Part shown: positions 47,860 to 57,178 of the stretch, piece by piece
Layout: each line of letters opens with the position of its first letter
Position numbering within the stretch: the stretch's first letter is position 1
Origin: Candidatus Kryptoniota bacterium
GTDB lineage: Bacteria > Bacteroidota > Ignavibacteria > Kryptoniales > JAKASW01
Assembly (NCBI GenBank): GCA_024641705.1
Contig: JAHECO010000003.1
Span: forward strand, 75,826-139,825
DNA length: 64,000 nucleotides
Reading direction: 5' to 3'
The notes under the pieces: generated by a model
Database searches by the model: none
What the model saw: the letters and a program-made list of their open reading frames with translations, nothing else
What the model was told of the DNA's origin: nothing
Translations under genes and position numbers: made by a program

Positions 47860-48213
47860 ATGGCCAACATATTCGAGTTAATGCCGATGCTTCAGGGTGA
47901 AGAACTTGCTTATGTCCAGAACGTAATCAAGGACATGAACGAGGACCAGGCAAAGTTGTTTTCAAACATTTACAACGTTAGAAGAAAGGATCCGCAGCTG
48001 GTGCTCCTTGTCGCCGTGCTCGGCTTCATCGGTATCGCCGGTGTCCAGAGATTCGTGCTCGGTCAGATCGGGATGGGGCTGCTTTACCTCTTCACCGCAG
48101 GCCTCTGCCTGATCGGTACGATAGTGGACATGGTGAACCACAAGCGGCTCGCGTTCGAGTACAACGTCGTGGTCGCGATGGAAGTATCGAAGATAGTTAA
48201 GGCGTCGAATTGA
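47860..48213 (+). CDS. TM2 domain protein
   Basis: Two TM helices with GIAGVQRFVLGQIGMGLLYLFT. Confidence 0.7.
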   Translation: MANIFELMPMLQGEELAYVQNVIKDMNEDQAKLFSNIYNVRRKDPQLVLLVAVLGFIGIAGVQRFVLGQIGMGLLYLFTAGLCLIGTIVDMVNHKRLAFEYNVVVAMEVSKIVKASN

Positions 48214-48327
48214 AAGGCATGCGAGAATGAAGGACGGGTGCTCGGTGAACCGGCGGAGAGGCTCTGCGGGCGAAATTGAACCGCCCGGTTCACGGAGTGT
48301 CCGGGAAGGCGGGGAAAGGCGGCCGGC

Positions 48328-49563
48328 GTGGAACTGAACCGTGTCGGACGCGAGACCGTCCTTGCGACGCTCAGACTGACTCAATCTTTTCTCGAAAGGC
48401 ACGGGCCGAGGATAGCGGGCACGAGACAGTGTCTCAACGCTGCCGACCAGATTGCGGAAATGCTGAGGGTCCACTGCGATAAGGTGGCGGAGGAACGCTT
48501 CGAAATGCACCCGGCATCTTTCTGGAGCGTGGGAAAGATCGTCTCGGTTGCGTACCTCCTCTCGATCATCTTTCTGTTCGCGGGCGGATCATTCGTTTAC
48601 CTTTCCTTTGCGGTCGCGTTGGCCGGGCTCATCTACGGAATTGTTCTCTACATATTCAACGGCAGGGTGTTCGACCGGTTTTTCCCCCATGCCGATGGGT
48701 GTAACGTCTACGGAAGCATCGAGCCGGCGGGGGAGGTCAAGCAGCAGATAATCCTCTCCGGTCACCACGACAGCCCGTATGTAGTAAGCTTCCTTCTCAA
48801 CTGGAAGAAGCTGGCGCGCATCCGGCTTGTGCTGGCCGTCATTACTTACATTGTGATGTTGGGCGTGGCTATTGCGGCGACGCTCGAAACGGCCGTCGGT
48901 TCTCCCGACATAATTCCCATCGAGGTCATTGCTGCACTCGCCGGCTTGGGATTGATCTTCGTGGGGCCGCTTTATTCCGCTATTACGCGCCTCCAATCGC
49001 CGGGCGCGGGCGACAACCTGAACGCGACGGCTATGGCAATTACTGCCGCCGTGCATTTCAGCCTCAAGAGGAAGAAGGGGGCACCGCTGAAACATACCAG
49101 GCTGGTGATCCTCAGCACCGACGGTGAAGAGGTCGGCATGAGGGGCGCGATCGACTACGCTGAACGTCACAAATCCGAGTTGCTTGAGGTTCCTACTTAT
49201 GTTTTCAACATGGACAGCGTCTACACGATAAAGGACCTCGCCCTCCTCACGCGCGACAGGAACGGGACGCGCAAGCTGTCGGAGCACATGGCGAGGGAGT
49301 GCCACGAGATCGCGGCGGAACTGGGGTACTTTCCCAACATCATGCCCGTCTCCACGGGTGGAGGAGGAACGGACGCGGCAGCTTTCGCCAGGATAGGTGT
49401 GGAGGCGACGTCCGTCATCGGGGTGTCGATACACAGCATCGGGAACGATACCGTGTACCATACACCGCAGGACACGGTGGAGAATATCGAGCCGGAAGCC
49501 GTAGAGGCCGTACTGGATATGGCGATCAACTACGTGATGCGGAAAGATGAAAAAGTGAAATGA
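48328..49563 (+). CDS. membrane-associated M28-family metallopeptidase
   Basis: SGHHDS, STDGEEVGMRGA and YHTPQDT metal-ligand motifs, with inserted TM segments. Confidence 0.7.
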   Translation: MELNRVGRETVLATLRLTQSFLERHGPRIAGTRQCLNAADQIAEMLRVHCDKVAEERFEMHPASFWSVGKIVSVAYLLSIIFLFAGGSFVYLSFAVALAGLIYGIVLYIFNGRVFDRFFPHADGCNVYGSIEPAGEVKQQIILSGHHDSPYVVSFLLNWKKLARIRLVLAVITYIVMLGVAIAATLETAVGSPDIIPIEVIAALAGLGLIFVGPLYSAITRLQSPGAGDNLNATAMAITAAVHFSLKRKKGAPLKHTRLVILSTDGEEVGMRGAIDYAERHKSELLEVPTYVFNMDSVYTIKDLALLTRDRNGTRKLSEHMARECHEIAAELGYFPNIMPVSTGGGGTDAAAFARIGVEATSVIGVSIHSIGNDTVYHTPQDTVENIEPEAVEAVLDMAINYVMRKDEKVK

Positions 49564-49572
49564 GGTGCCGGG

Positions 49573-49935
49573 ATGTTCTGTCCGAATTGCGGGACTGAAT
49601 ACCGTCCCGGGTTCACGCGTTGCGCCGACTGCGGCTCGCAACTGGTAGACACGCTGCCGGAAGAACCGCGGCAAGTCAACGAACGAAGAGCCGACGACGT
49701 CAGGCTCGTTCCTCTGCTTCAGACAGAGGACCAGTCGGATGTATTGAGCATCAGGATGCTCCTCGACTCCGAGGGGATCGAGTACTTCCTGCAGGGAGAA
49801 ACCCTGACCGGTTTCCGCAGGAGTGATCCTGTCGTGCTGCTCGTCAGGGAAGACGAGGCCGGACGGGTGAGAGAACTCTTGAAGGGGATCAAGCTCAACT
49901 ATTCGAGCCAGGTGTTCAACCCAAAGAAGAGATAG
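49573..49935 (+). CDS. zinc-ribbon + DUF2007-like small protein
   Basis: CPNCG...CADCG, followed by a DUF2007-type alpha/beta module (LLDSEGIEYFLQGE). Confidence 0.6.
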   Translation: MFCPNCGTEYRPGFTRCADCGSQLVDTLPEEPRQVNERRADDVRLVPLLQTEDQSDVLSIRMLLDSEGIEYFLQGETLTGFRRSDPVVLLVREDEAGRVRELLKGIKLNYSSQVFNPKKR

Positions 49936-50225
49936 GGAATTTCTCGGTTCCCGGTTGCAGATGATTTTGCCACATCTTGTTGTGTTTAGATTTGACCAAA
50001 TGGAGAAGGCGATCGTTTCGCGAACGCAAGGCGCATCCGAGTTCACCAAGGTGAAGATATACTATGTTATATTGCATCATGAACCCGAGAATAGGCGTCT
50101 CATGAAAATGTCTATAGGGCCCTGACTCAAATGAAGTGGGTTGACAAGCTTAGGCTTGTATGTGGTGATGCCTGCGCGTTGCAACTTGAGTCGCTCTCAT
50201 ACCTTCTAGAACCGAGGAGGACATT

Positions 50226-51143
50226 ATGCCCAATCTGACAAAGGCGTCATTCTTGTCTGAGTTGGAAAGGCGCTTTGGTGAAACGAGGAAACTGACATCT
50301 AGTCTTTCGCTCTATGAAGTGAGCGATGGGTTACTAAGGGTGTACGTGCGGTACTCTAAAATCCATGCTGAAAGGAAGCAGGCATTTTATGGATTACGAA
50401 AAGAAGACCTGAAAGAGCTTGAAGGTCGCAATTCAGTTATATGTTTCTTGTGGGACACGCAGGTTGAACCTTTGTTTCTCCCTTTCTCTGAATTTGAGGA
50501 TATACTTAACTTCGTTACCCCAGCTTCGGATGGCCAAATAAAGGCGTCCATCTTCCAACAAAGAGATGCGACAGAGTTATACATATCCAATACGGGGAGG
50601 TTTAATGTTGAAGCGTTTTTCGGGTGGAACTATTTGGAACGACTTGTGGATAAGAATCGGATAGTGTCAGTGCCAGAATTTAGTCATTCCCAGATCCAGA
50701 CTCTTATAGGTTCGATTGGCGCTTCAAAAGGCTATGATATCTGGGTTCCGTTGGTTGATAGGAATAAACTCGACTGGAAACTCGCTCGGAAGTTTAATTG
50801 TAGAGCATCGCTGCCTGACAGGTATGGGCGAGTGAAGGAGATAATCAGCGAGGTAGATGTCATGTGGTTACAACGTGGATCAAGCGACTTGAATGCGATA
50901 TTCGAGGTAGAGCATTCGACACCAGTGTATTCGGGTTTGCTTAGGTTCAACGATCTATTCTTGACTGAACCTAATCTCAAATTGAAATATAGCATCGTTT
51001 CCAACGACGAGAGAAGGTCTTTGTTCCTGAGGCAGATAGACAGACCAACTTTCAAGGCTAGCGGTTTGTCAGAGGTTTGCAGTTTCCTTGAGTATAAGGA
51101 TGTTTTTCTCTGGTATAATAGGATTATGGGGGTGAGAGGATGA
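50226..51143 (+). CDS. hypothetical two-domain protein with restriction-endonuclease-like C-terminal signature
   Basis: Clean 305-aa ORF after GAGGAGG in a low-GC islet (sample lines 43-47% GC). The C-terminal half reads HSQIQTLIGSIG..GYDIWVP...EVDVMWL...AIFEVEHSTPVYSGLLRFNDL. The function is inferred only. Confidence 0.55.
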   Translation: MPNLTKASFLSELERRFGETRKLTSSLSLYEVSDGLLRVYVRYSKIHAERKQAFYGLRKEDLKELEGRNSVICFLWDTQVEPLFLPFSEFEDILNFVTPASDGQIKASIFQQRDATELYISNTGRFNVEAFFGWNYLERLVDKNRIVSVPEFSHSQIQTLIGSIGASKGYDIWVPLVDRNKLDWKLARKFNCRASLPDRYGRVKEIISEVDVMWLQRGSSDLNAIFEVEHSTPVYSGLLRFNDLFLTEPNLKLKYSIVSNDERRSLFLRQIDRPTFKASGLSEVCSFLEYKDVFLWYNRIMGVRG

Positions 51144-51334
51144 AGAGGATTTGGATTCTCGTGCAAAGCAAGAGAGGCATCTTTCTCGATCCGCAGATTT
51201 TTTACGCAAAGAAAGATGCCGTAGACAAAAAGAACCATTTACTCGACCGGTCTAATCCCGCATATGATGAAATCGAGGTTTTCGAAAAGAGAGTACTGGC
51301 AGGTGAGACCCATAGGAGCAGGAGGCGAGGCTGA
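51140..51334 (+). CDS. small hypothetical protein coupled to preceding gene
   Basis: ATGA start/stop overlap with the 305-aa gene. 64 aa with no recognisable motif. Confidence 0.35.
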   Translation: MKRIWILVQSKRGIFLDPQIFYAKKDAVDKKNHLLDRSNPAYDEIEVFEKRVLAGETHRSRRRG

Positions 51335-51475
51335 TCGCCAGTTGAGGGGGAGGGTTACAATGTTGTGCGTCAGGGCCGCAACAGTCCCCCGGTTCCCCTT
51401 TTGATTCTCGGCATTGAACCTTGAAGAGAGGCGCAGTAGGCCTTTTCCTGCTGTTGCCGATTCGAGATTAATTTC

Positions 51476-52057
51476 CTACCGCATCATTCCCAGCTGCAGG
51501 CACAGCGTGATTCCCCAGAAAGATCTGGTATTGCCGAACCCGTAGTCGCCGAAAGCTGTCAGACCGATCCCTAAAAAGCTCGTCGGCGTCCAGAAGAGCT
51601 GCGCCTCGACCGGGATGCCGATGCCGAACGAGTTGTTGGTGTCGTAACCGTACGTGTACGATGGCGGTCTGTAATACGGCTCCGAGTAAGTAGTTGCTGA
51701 GGAGACTGAGAGGCCGGCGGATATCGAGGCGTGCCCGTAGCTTGTCTTCGCGATCCTACCGTAGAGGACCCCCAGCTCCCACATGTGGTCATCAGGATGG
51801 CTCTGTCCGAAAATGTGTAGTTCGAATTGTGAATTGTAAAGGAATCTCAGGGTGACGAGGTTTCTTCCCCGATTGGCGGAAATACCTGCACCGAAGTTGC
51901 CTGCCAGGTCACCGCGCCAGCTTCCCACCCCGAGTCCCAGGTTGAGACAGCCGCTTAGACTTGTCGAGGCGGTGTCGCGTTCTTCGGCGGCAAGACACTC
52001 GGATCCGCAAATATTGGGAAGGGATAGCAATGCAACAAGAAGGAAAAACTTCTTCAT
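51476..52057 (-). CDS. small outer-membrane beta-barrel-like protein
   Basis: Signal peptide MKKFFLLVALLSL, Gly/aromatic alternating strands, and a C-terminal ..LCLQLGMMR. Confidence 0.5.
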   Translation of the reverse strand: MKKFFLLVALLSLPNICGSECLAAEERDTASTSLSGCLNLGLGVGSWRGDLAGNFGAGISANRGRNLVTLRFLYNSQFELHIFGQSHPDDHMWELGVLYGRIAKTSYGHASISAGLSVSSATTYSEPYYRPPSYTYGYDTNNSFGIGIPVEAQLFWTPTSFLGIGLTAFGDYGFGNTRSFWGITLCLQLGMMR

Positions 52058-52148
52058 GGCAAATCCTCCATCACAGACTGTGGTACAGGTGATTTCATGC
52101 GCCCGCCCGGATTACAATATAACCCGGGCAGGCATGAAAAAGAGCACG

Positions 52149-54056
52149 CTATTTCATCAGGACCATTTTCTTTGTACTTCGGTATTTTCCTGCTTCGATC
52201 CGGTAGAAGTACACTCCGCTCGCAAGGCGGTCCGCGGTCCACACAAGCGAGTGTGTCCCGGCAGAGTATTCGCCGTTGGCCAGTGTGGCAACCTCCCGTC
52301 CCAGCATGTCGTATACCCTGACTGTCACAAACGATTTCTGCGGGAGCGAGAAGCTTATGGTCGTGCTCGGGTTGAACGGATTCGGGAAGTTCTGAGCGAG
52401 GTTGAATTCCTTCGGAACCCTGGTTCCCCGCGCTATCTGCGTCAACGATTTCGATGCGATTTGCACGGCGGTAATCCGTCCTTCGACATTCGGGCTGATC
52501 GTGCCCTGTGCCTCTACGTAGCCTTCGACAACCGAATACTCCGCTATCCCCTGGAGCACTTGCGGATCGGTGACGGTCAGACCGGTCATCGGCCCGACGT
52601 AATCCTTCAACACGGCCAGTATGAATTCGTTCGTCGTGACCGTGTACGTCTTGCTGAAGTCGATGTCCTCTCCGCCGATCTTCACGCCGACCACTCTCGA
52701 TCCCGGCGGCTGGTCGACGGCGTAAGTGTACGTCATTCCCGATACCTGGATCAGGTACTCGTCGTTCAGGTCGATGCTGCTCAGACCGAACTCCAAACCG
52801 ATGATCAGGTCAAGTCCGGTTATTTTGAATGTCGCCAGCCTGTAGCCGAGTCCGTTGTCCGTATTGAACCCGTAGCCGACAAGACGGAAGACGTCGTCGC
52901 CGACAAGCGGTCCGTGATGCAAAGGCTGAGCTATCGACCCGCCAGCCGTGATGGCGATGTCCGTATTCGTGTAAGCCCGGAAAGCATCGGTCACCAGATT
53001 GCCCGCTGGTGTATCATGGCTGCCGGGTGATAGAAGGGAATCTGCCACTTCCGGGAAATCCGCCGTGGCGTAAGCGATCTTCTTCGTGAACATCGGCCCG
53101 TAGACCGCTTCGATTTGCTTCTCCAGCTCCTTCACCTTCAGTGCGATCAAAGGATCCTCCGGGATCGATGTGTCGAGATGGATCAGGTCGTAGTCGACTA
53201 TGCGGGCTTTACCGTGCCTGACCGCGAATTTCAGCTTACCCATATACTCATAGAACGCGCCGGCCTGCATGATGAATGTTGTGTCTCCCACCGGATTGAC
53301 CACCGGGACAGGCTGCTCGAATACATAATGGTCGTGTCCTCCGATGATGAAGTCGATCCCCGGCACGTAGGAGGCCACTATCTGGTCATACGCGAAGCCG
53401 AGATGTGACAGCAGAATCACAACGGAGCAATTGAGCTTCTTCAGCTTTTGCACCATGGATGCGGCAATTTCGACGAAATTCGTGTCTATGAACGCCGGGG
53501 CCGGCTGAGAGGTGATGTTTGTCTCGGGAGTAGTAAGCCCGAAGATACCGACCCTTGTCCCTTCGACGGTCCTTATTGTGAACGGCACGATATACTTCTT
53601 GAGCGGCTGGACTTCAGGTGCATCCAGGACCGTGTTCGCGGAGAGAAGCGGGAAGCCTTTTCCGTGGAAGGCCTCGCTCAATGACGACAGAAGCGTCGCC
53701 GGTCCGAGGTCAAATTCATGATTCCCGACCGTCATCGCGTCCACGCCGAGACTGTTGAGCATCTTTAGCTCAGGCACGCCGAAGGTCGTGTTGAAGAAGA
53801 TATCCCCGATGAAGAGATCGCCGGCGTCGAGGACGAGGGCGTCCCTGTCGTGATGCCGGGTGATCTCTATGACGGCAGCGGCACGCGCGATACCGCCGAC
53901 GGTGCCGTTGAGGTGTGTCGTCCGCGGGCCAAGCGGCGCGAGGTTCGAGTGGGTGTCGTTGAAATGAAGCAGAGTGATCGTTCTGTACTGACCTGCCGAT
54001 GTCGCGGCAAGCAACATTATCAGGGTCAGTATCCTGATCGTGATTTTCCCGAGCAT
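52149..54056 (-). CDS. bifunctional metallophosphatase/5'-nucleotidase with T9SS C-terminal sorting domain
   Basis: LLHFNDTHS, GDLF.GD, GNHEFD and GGHDH motifs. The last ~75 aa (NFPNPFNPSTTISFSL..VYDMLGREV...SGVYFYRI) are a Por/T9SS secretion tag. Confidence 0.85.
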   Translation of the reverse strand: MLGKITIRILTLIMLLAATSAGQYRTITLLHFNDTHSNLAPLGPRTTHLNGTVGGIARAAAVIEITRHHDRDALVLDAGDLFIGDIFFNTTFGVPELKMLNSLGVDAMTVGNHEFDLGPATLLSSLSEAFHGKGFPLLSANTVLDAPEVQPLKKYIVPFTIRTVEGTRVGIFGLTTPETNITSQPAPAFIDTNFVEIAASMVQKLKKLNCSVVILLSHLGFAYDQIVASYVPGIDFIIGGHDHYVFEQPVPVVNPVGDTTFIMQAGAFYEYMGKLKFAVRHGKARIVDYDLIHLDTSIPEDPLIALKVKELEKQIEAVYGPMFTKKIAYATADFPEVADSLLSPGSHDTPAGNLVTDAFRAYTNTDIAITAGGSIAQPLHHGPLVGDDVFRLVGYGFNTDNGLGYRLATFKITGLDLIIGLEFGLSSIDLNDEYLIQVSGMTYTYAVDQPPGSRVVGVKIGGEDIDFSKTYTVTTNEFILAVLKDYVGPMTGLTVTDPQVLQGIAEYSVVEGYVEAQGTISPNVEGRITAVQIASKSLTQIARGTRVPKEFNLAQNFPNPFNPSTTISFSLPQKSFVTVRVYDMLGREVATLANGEYSAGTHSLVWTADRLASGVYFYRIEAGKYRSTKKMVLMK

Positions 54057-54235
54057 GTTTTCCCCTTTTTTTGTTGTTATTCGCCGGAGACGGAGGCGGC
54101 ATCCAACCGGATATTGCGTCTCGTCCGCGGTTTGATTTTTATCGTTTGGTTATGATCCGATCGGTCTCCACCGCATCATGCGCAGTCGCTAAGTTGGTAT
54201 CCGGAAGAATGCATAGACTGCGTGTCCTCCAAAGG

Positions 54236-54955
54236 TTAGTTGTTATATGAGTCGCGCGTTGCGCACGGACCGGAGGTCTTCAGCACCCCGTCCTCGAGGC
54301 GGAATATTCCGTCCGCATAATCGATCAGTCGAAGGTCGTGGCTGGCTGCGATGACACATCGGTTTTCATCTTTCGCGATCGAGTGAAGGATCTTAATGAT
54401 CTCGAAGCCCTGTTTCGATTCGAGACAGGCCGTCGGTTCATCCGCCAGCAGGAGATGCGGATTGTTCACGCACGCCCGCGCGATCGCCGCCCGCTGTTTC
54501 TCGCCCTGGCTCAGGTTCGCGGGATACCGGCCGGCAAGATGTGAAATCCCGACTCGTTCTAGTGCCGCCCGCGCGTGCGAGACCGCGGAATTTCTCCCGG
54601 CAAACTCTGCGACCAGTGCGACGTTTTCTTCCACTGTGAGCCAGTCGAGGAGGAGGAAGTTCTGAAATATGAACCCGATTTTCGCGGCCCTGAACAGCTG
54701 AAGCTTCGCCGGCGGCAGATCGGTTGGCTTCGTATCGAAGACGGTTACGGCTCCCGACGTGGGCTGCGTGAAGCCGGCGATAAGCGAGAGGAGGGTAGTC
54801 TTGCCGCTTCCGCTCGGGCCGAGCACCAGCGCGAGCCGACCCCGCTTGAATTCGGCGGAGGCGTCATTGAGAGCGTGCACGACACTGCCGTCCTCGCGGT
54901 AGCTCTTTGAGACGTGTTCCAATATAATCGACCGGCTTTCCGATGACGGGTTCAT
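54236..54955 (-). CDS. ABC transporter ATP-binding protein (MacB/LolD-like)
   Basis: Walker A GPSGSGKTT, LSQGEKQR signature and LLLADEPT. The ATG at 54955 overlaps the permease stop (ATGA). Confidence 0.85.
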   Translation of the reverse strand: MNPSSESRSIILEHVSKSYREDGSVVHALNDASAEFKRGRLALVLGPSGSGKTTLLSLIAGFTQPTSGAVTVFDTKPTDLPPAKLQLFRAAKIGFIFQNFLLLDWLTVEENVALVAEFAGRNSAVSHARAALERVGISHLAGRYPANLSQGEKQRAAIARACVNNPHLLLADEPTACLESKQGFEIIKILHSIAKDENRCVIAASHDLRLIDYADGIFRLEDGVLKTSGPCATRDSYNN

Positions 54956-56067
54956 TCGAATGCCTCCAGAGGATATATTCTCTTCAATCTTTGGAAGCAT
55001 ACGAGCGAACTAACAAGCCCGATTACGATTACCATGCAGATGACCGTGAATATTTGAAGCGCATCGATAGCCGTACTCAGCTCTGGAAAGAAGTTCTCCA
55101 GTGCCGCTGTAACAGGGAAGATGAGGATCAGCGATATTATGCCTCCGGAGAGGGACAGCAGCATGGCCTGACCGGTTATGAGTTTTGGAAGAAACGACGG
55201 AGGAGAGCCAAGGACCATCACGACTGCAAAATCCTTCCGGCTTTCGGCGATGTTCATTACAAGGATTGCGGTCAGGATCGTCGCGAGCACGACAGCCGAA
55301 ATGGCCGATACGATCAGGAGTATAGGAAGGAACCCCGCCCGCATCTCGCGCAAGTTGTTCTCCACAAATTCGTCCTGTGAGAAAGCGTCGATGCCGGGGA
55401 CGTCCTCCGCAATGCGCATCACCACGACGTCCCGGTCTTGCGGGTCCGAGAGGCGGACGAGGTAGCACGACACTATGTTTGGATACCCGAGTATCGACCG
55501 CGCCTGCTCGATTGTCGTGAAGGCGTACTGGATAACGAACATGTTTGTTCCCGAAGAGATGCCGACTACTTTCAACTTCTCCCTGTGGACGGTCACGCTG
55601 TCCCCGACGCGTATCCCCGACTTCAGCGCGAACGATCTGTCGAGTACTATCTCGCCGGCTTTCTCGACGTTCCTCCCCGAGACGATCTGCGGGGGGCCGC
55701 CAAGAGTATCCCCGGGGGAATAGCCCGCGATGTATATCGTTGAGGTTCGCCCGTTCGCTTCAGCCTGTGCGAGGACGAACAGCACCGGTGAAACCCGGGC
55801 CACGCCCGGAACCTGTCTCAACGCATCGCCGTAAGCCGTCAGCAGGATCGACGAACCGCGCATGATATTTCCAGTGCCCTCCTGAAGGACCCAGAAGTCG
55901 GCCTTGTTGTATCGTATGTAAGTCAGGGAGCCCACTTCCACGCCGTTATAAACCGACAGCAAAAAGAGGATGAGCATCGCGCAAAGCGACCCGGCGCCGA
56001 TAGTGAACGCCGTCCTGAACGGCTGCCTGCGGAGAGACCTGACCGAATATTTCAATGACCGTCTCAT
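54952..56067 (-). CDS. ABC transporter permease, FtsX/MacB-type
   Basis: An N-terminal TM, a large periplasmic loop, then three C-terminal TMs (FtsX-like). Confidence 0.8.
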   Translation of the reverse strand: MRRSLKYSVRSLRRQPFRTAFTIGAGSLCAMLILFLLSVYNGVEVGSLTYIRYNKADFWVLQEGTGNIMRGSSILLTAYGDALRQVPGVARVSPVLFVLAQAEANGRTSTIYIAGYSPGDTLGGPPQIVSGRNVEKAGEIVLDRSFALKSGIRVGDSVTVHREKLKVVGISSGTNMFVIQYAFTTIEQARSILGYPNIVSCYLVRLSDPQDRDVVVMRIAEDVPGIDAFSQDEFVENNLREMRAGFLPILLIVSAISAVVLATILTAILVMNIAESRKDFAVVMVLGSPPSFLPKLITGQAMLLSLSGGIISLILIFPVTAALENFFPELSTAIDALQIFTVICMVIVIGLVSSLVCFQRLKRIYPLEAFE

Positions 56068-56074
56068 TTCCGTT

Positions 56075-57178
56075 TCACGCGAACGCAGGTACCTCCGTCA
56101 CAATTTTGCCGCGGAGCCTGCCGAAGATATCCTCCAGAGATTCGCCGGTGACGGTAATGCCGTGGTTCTTGAGGCCGACTGCTGTTCGCCCGGGGTTCCC
56201 CGTGGCAGAGAGGAGTTCCGCGACCTCCTTCGCTATCTCCACAGTCCCGCAGGGATAGTTCTGACGCGTGCAAACGATACCTTCGAGCCACACGTGGACA
56301 TGCACGATGGCTCCGACTTCGGGAAAAGTTTTGTAGACCAAAGCATGCTCGACGGCGTCTATGGAAACCCGCGCCCTCGGATCAAAGTCCTGCGGAACGG
56401 AGACCAGAGCGGCCCCATTTTCGAAGTCGAAGCCTTTGACGAGAAGTATGTCCTTTCCGACTTTGCCAAGCGCGGATTTATTGACGCCTCGTCCAGTCAT
56501 CCAGTAAGTGTAGTCACCGAGCTCCGGGATCCTATCCCTCGCGCTCATGTTGCCGTAGCTCAGCCCCGTCAGCCCGAAAAGCCTGTACAGGTGTTCCATG
56601 TCTTCCGAAGGTAGGAGCTCGCGGATCGGGAAGGGGGCAGGAAGGACCCCCAGACTGTTCAGCTCCGCGGCGTATTTCTTTATGTCTTCCACGATCGGGG
56701 ATGATTGCGAGTATATCTCCGGGAGGTCGGTTGTCATTATGTTTTCCGACGCGAAGTGCGCGGTCGCTATCGGAAGGATGCTCCTGTAAACACGTTCGGG
56801 ATCGAACGCGTAGTGGTAGTATCCCGCTTCAGGCGTGGTGAAATAGCACTCCGGAGTCCCATCCGTTCCTCCGACAATTCCACCGGGCGCAACCGCACAG
56901 ATGCAAAGGTTCGAGAGCGAGCGGATAAGTGTCGTGTAACAGAACGAGCGCATGCTCCCGTTGAGATTGGGGGCAGAGGCTATCGTGATGACGAAAATGT
57001 CTTTCGACTTTCGATGGAACGGTTTCGTCCGCCCTGAGTCGGCCAGGTTAAGTACGAAGCTCGCTTCAGACAGGTCGTCAGATAACTCTGCGCCATTTTC
57101 GACGAACTTCCGGATGACCTCGTCTGCGATTGCGTCCCGCAGCAAATCCGTACCGTCCTTTTCTACTGCGAATTTCAT
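56075..57178 (-). CDS. class II aldolase/adducin-domain protein with extra N-terminal domain
   Basis: The C-terminal ~200 aa read SYGNMSAR...YWMTGRGVNKS...SIDAVEHALVY...VHVH...NHGITVTGESLE. The start was chosen at MKFAVEK, 8 nt after GGAGG. Confidence 0.65.
   Translation of the reverse strand: MKFAVEKDGTDLLRDAIADEVIRKFVENGAELSDDLSEASFVLNLADSGRTKPFHRKSKDIFVITIASAPNLNGSMRSFCYTTLIRSLSNLCICAVAPGGIVGGTDGTPECYFTTPEAGYYHYAFDPERVYRSILPIATAHFASENIMTTDLPEIYSQSSPIVEDIKKYAAELNSLGVLPAPFPIRELLPSEDMEHLYRLFGLTGLSYGNMSARDRIPELGDYTYWMTGRGVNKSALGKVGKDILLVKGFDFENGAALVSVPQDFDPRARVSIDAVEHALVYKTFPEVGAIVHVHVWLEGIVCTRQNYPCGTVEIAKEVAELLSATGNPGRTAVGLKNHGITVTGESLEDIFGRLRGKIVTEVPAFA

Noticed and set aside
48589-50049. 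486-aa minus-strand ORF antisense to the M28 peptidase and DUF2007 genes
   Set aside because: It is an Arg/Pro/His-rich shadow ORF on the strand opposite two genes with clear family motifs. Such frames stay open by chance in GC-rich DNA. The same reasoning applies to 11582..12559(+), 25548..26852(+), 51852..53030(+), 14945..15793(-), 28778..29575(-), 36488..37258(-) and 8019..8654(-).
50141-50169. Sigma-70 promoter for the nuclease-like gene (perfect TTGACA at 50141-50146)
   Set aside because: With a 17-nt spacer the -10 would be GGTGAT, which is poor. That is not enough to call a promoter.
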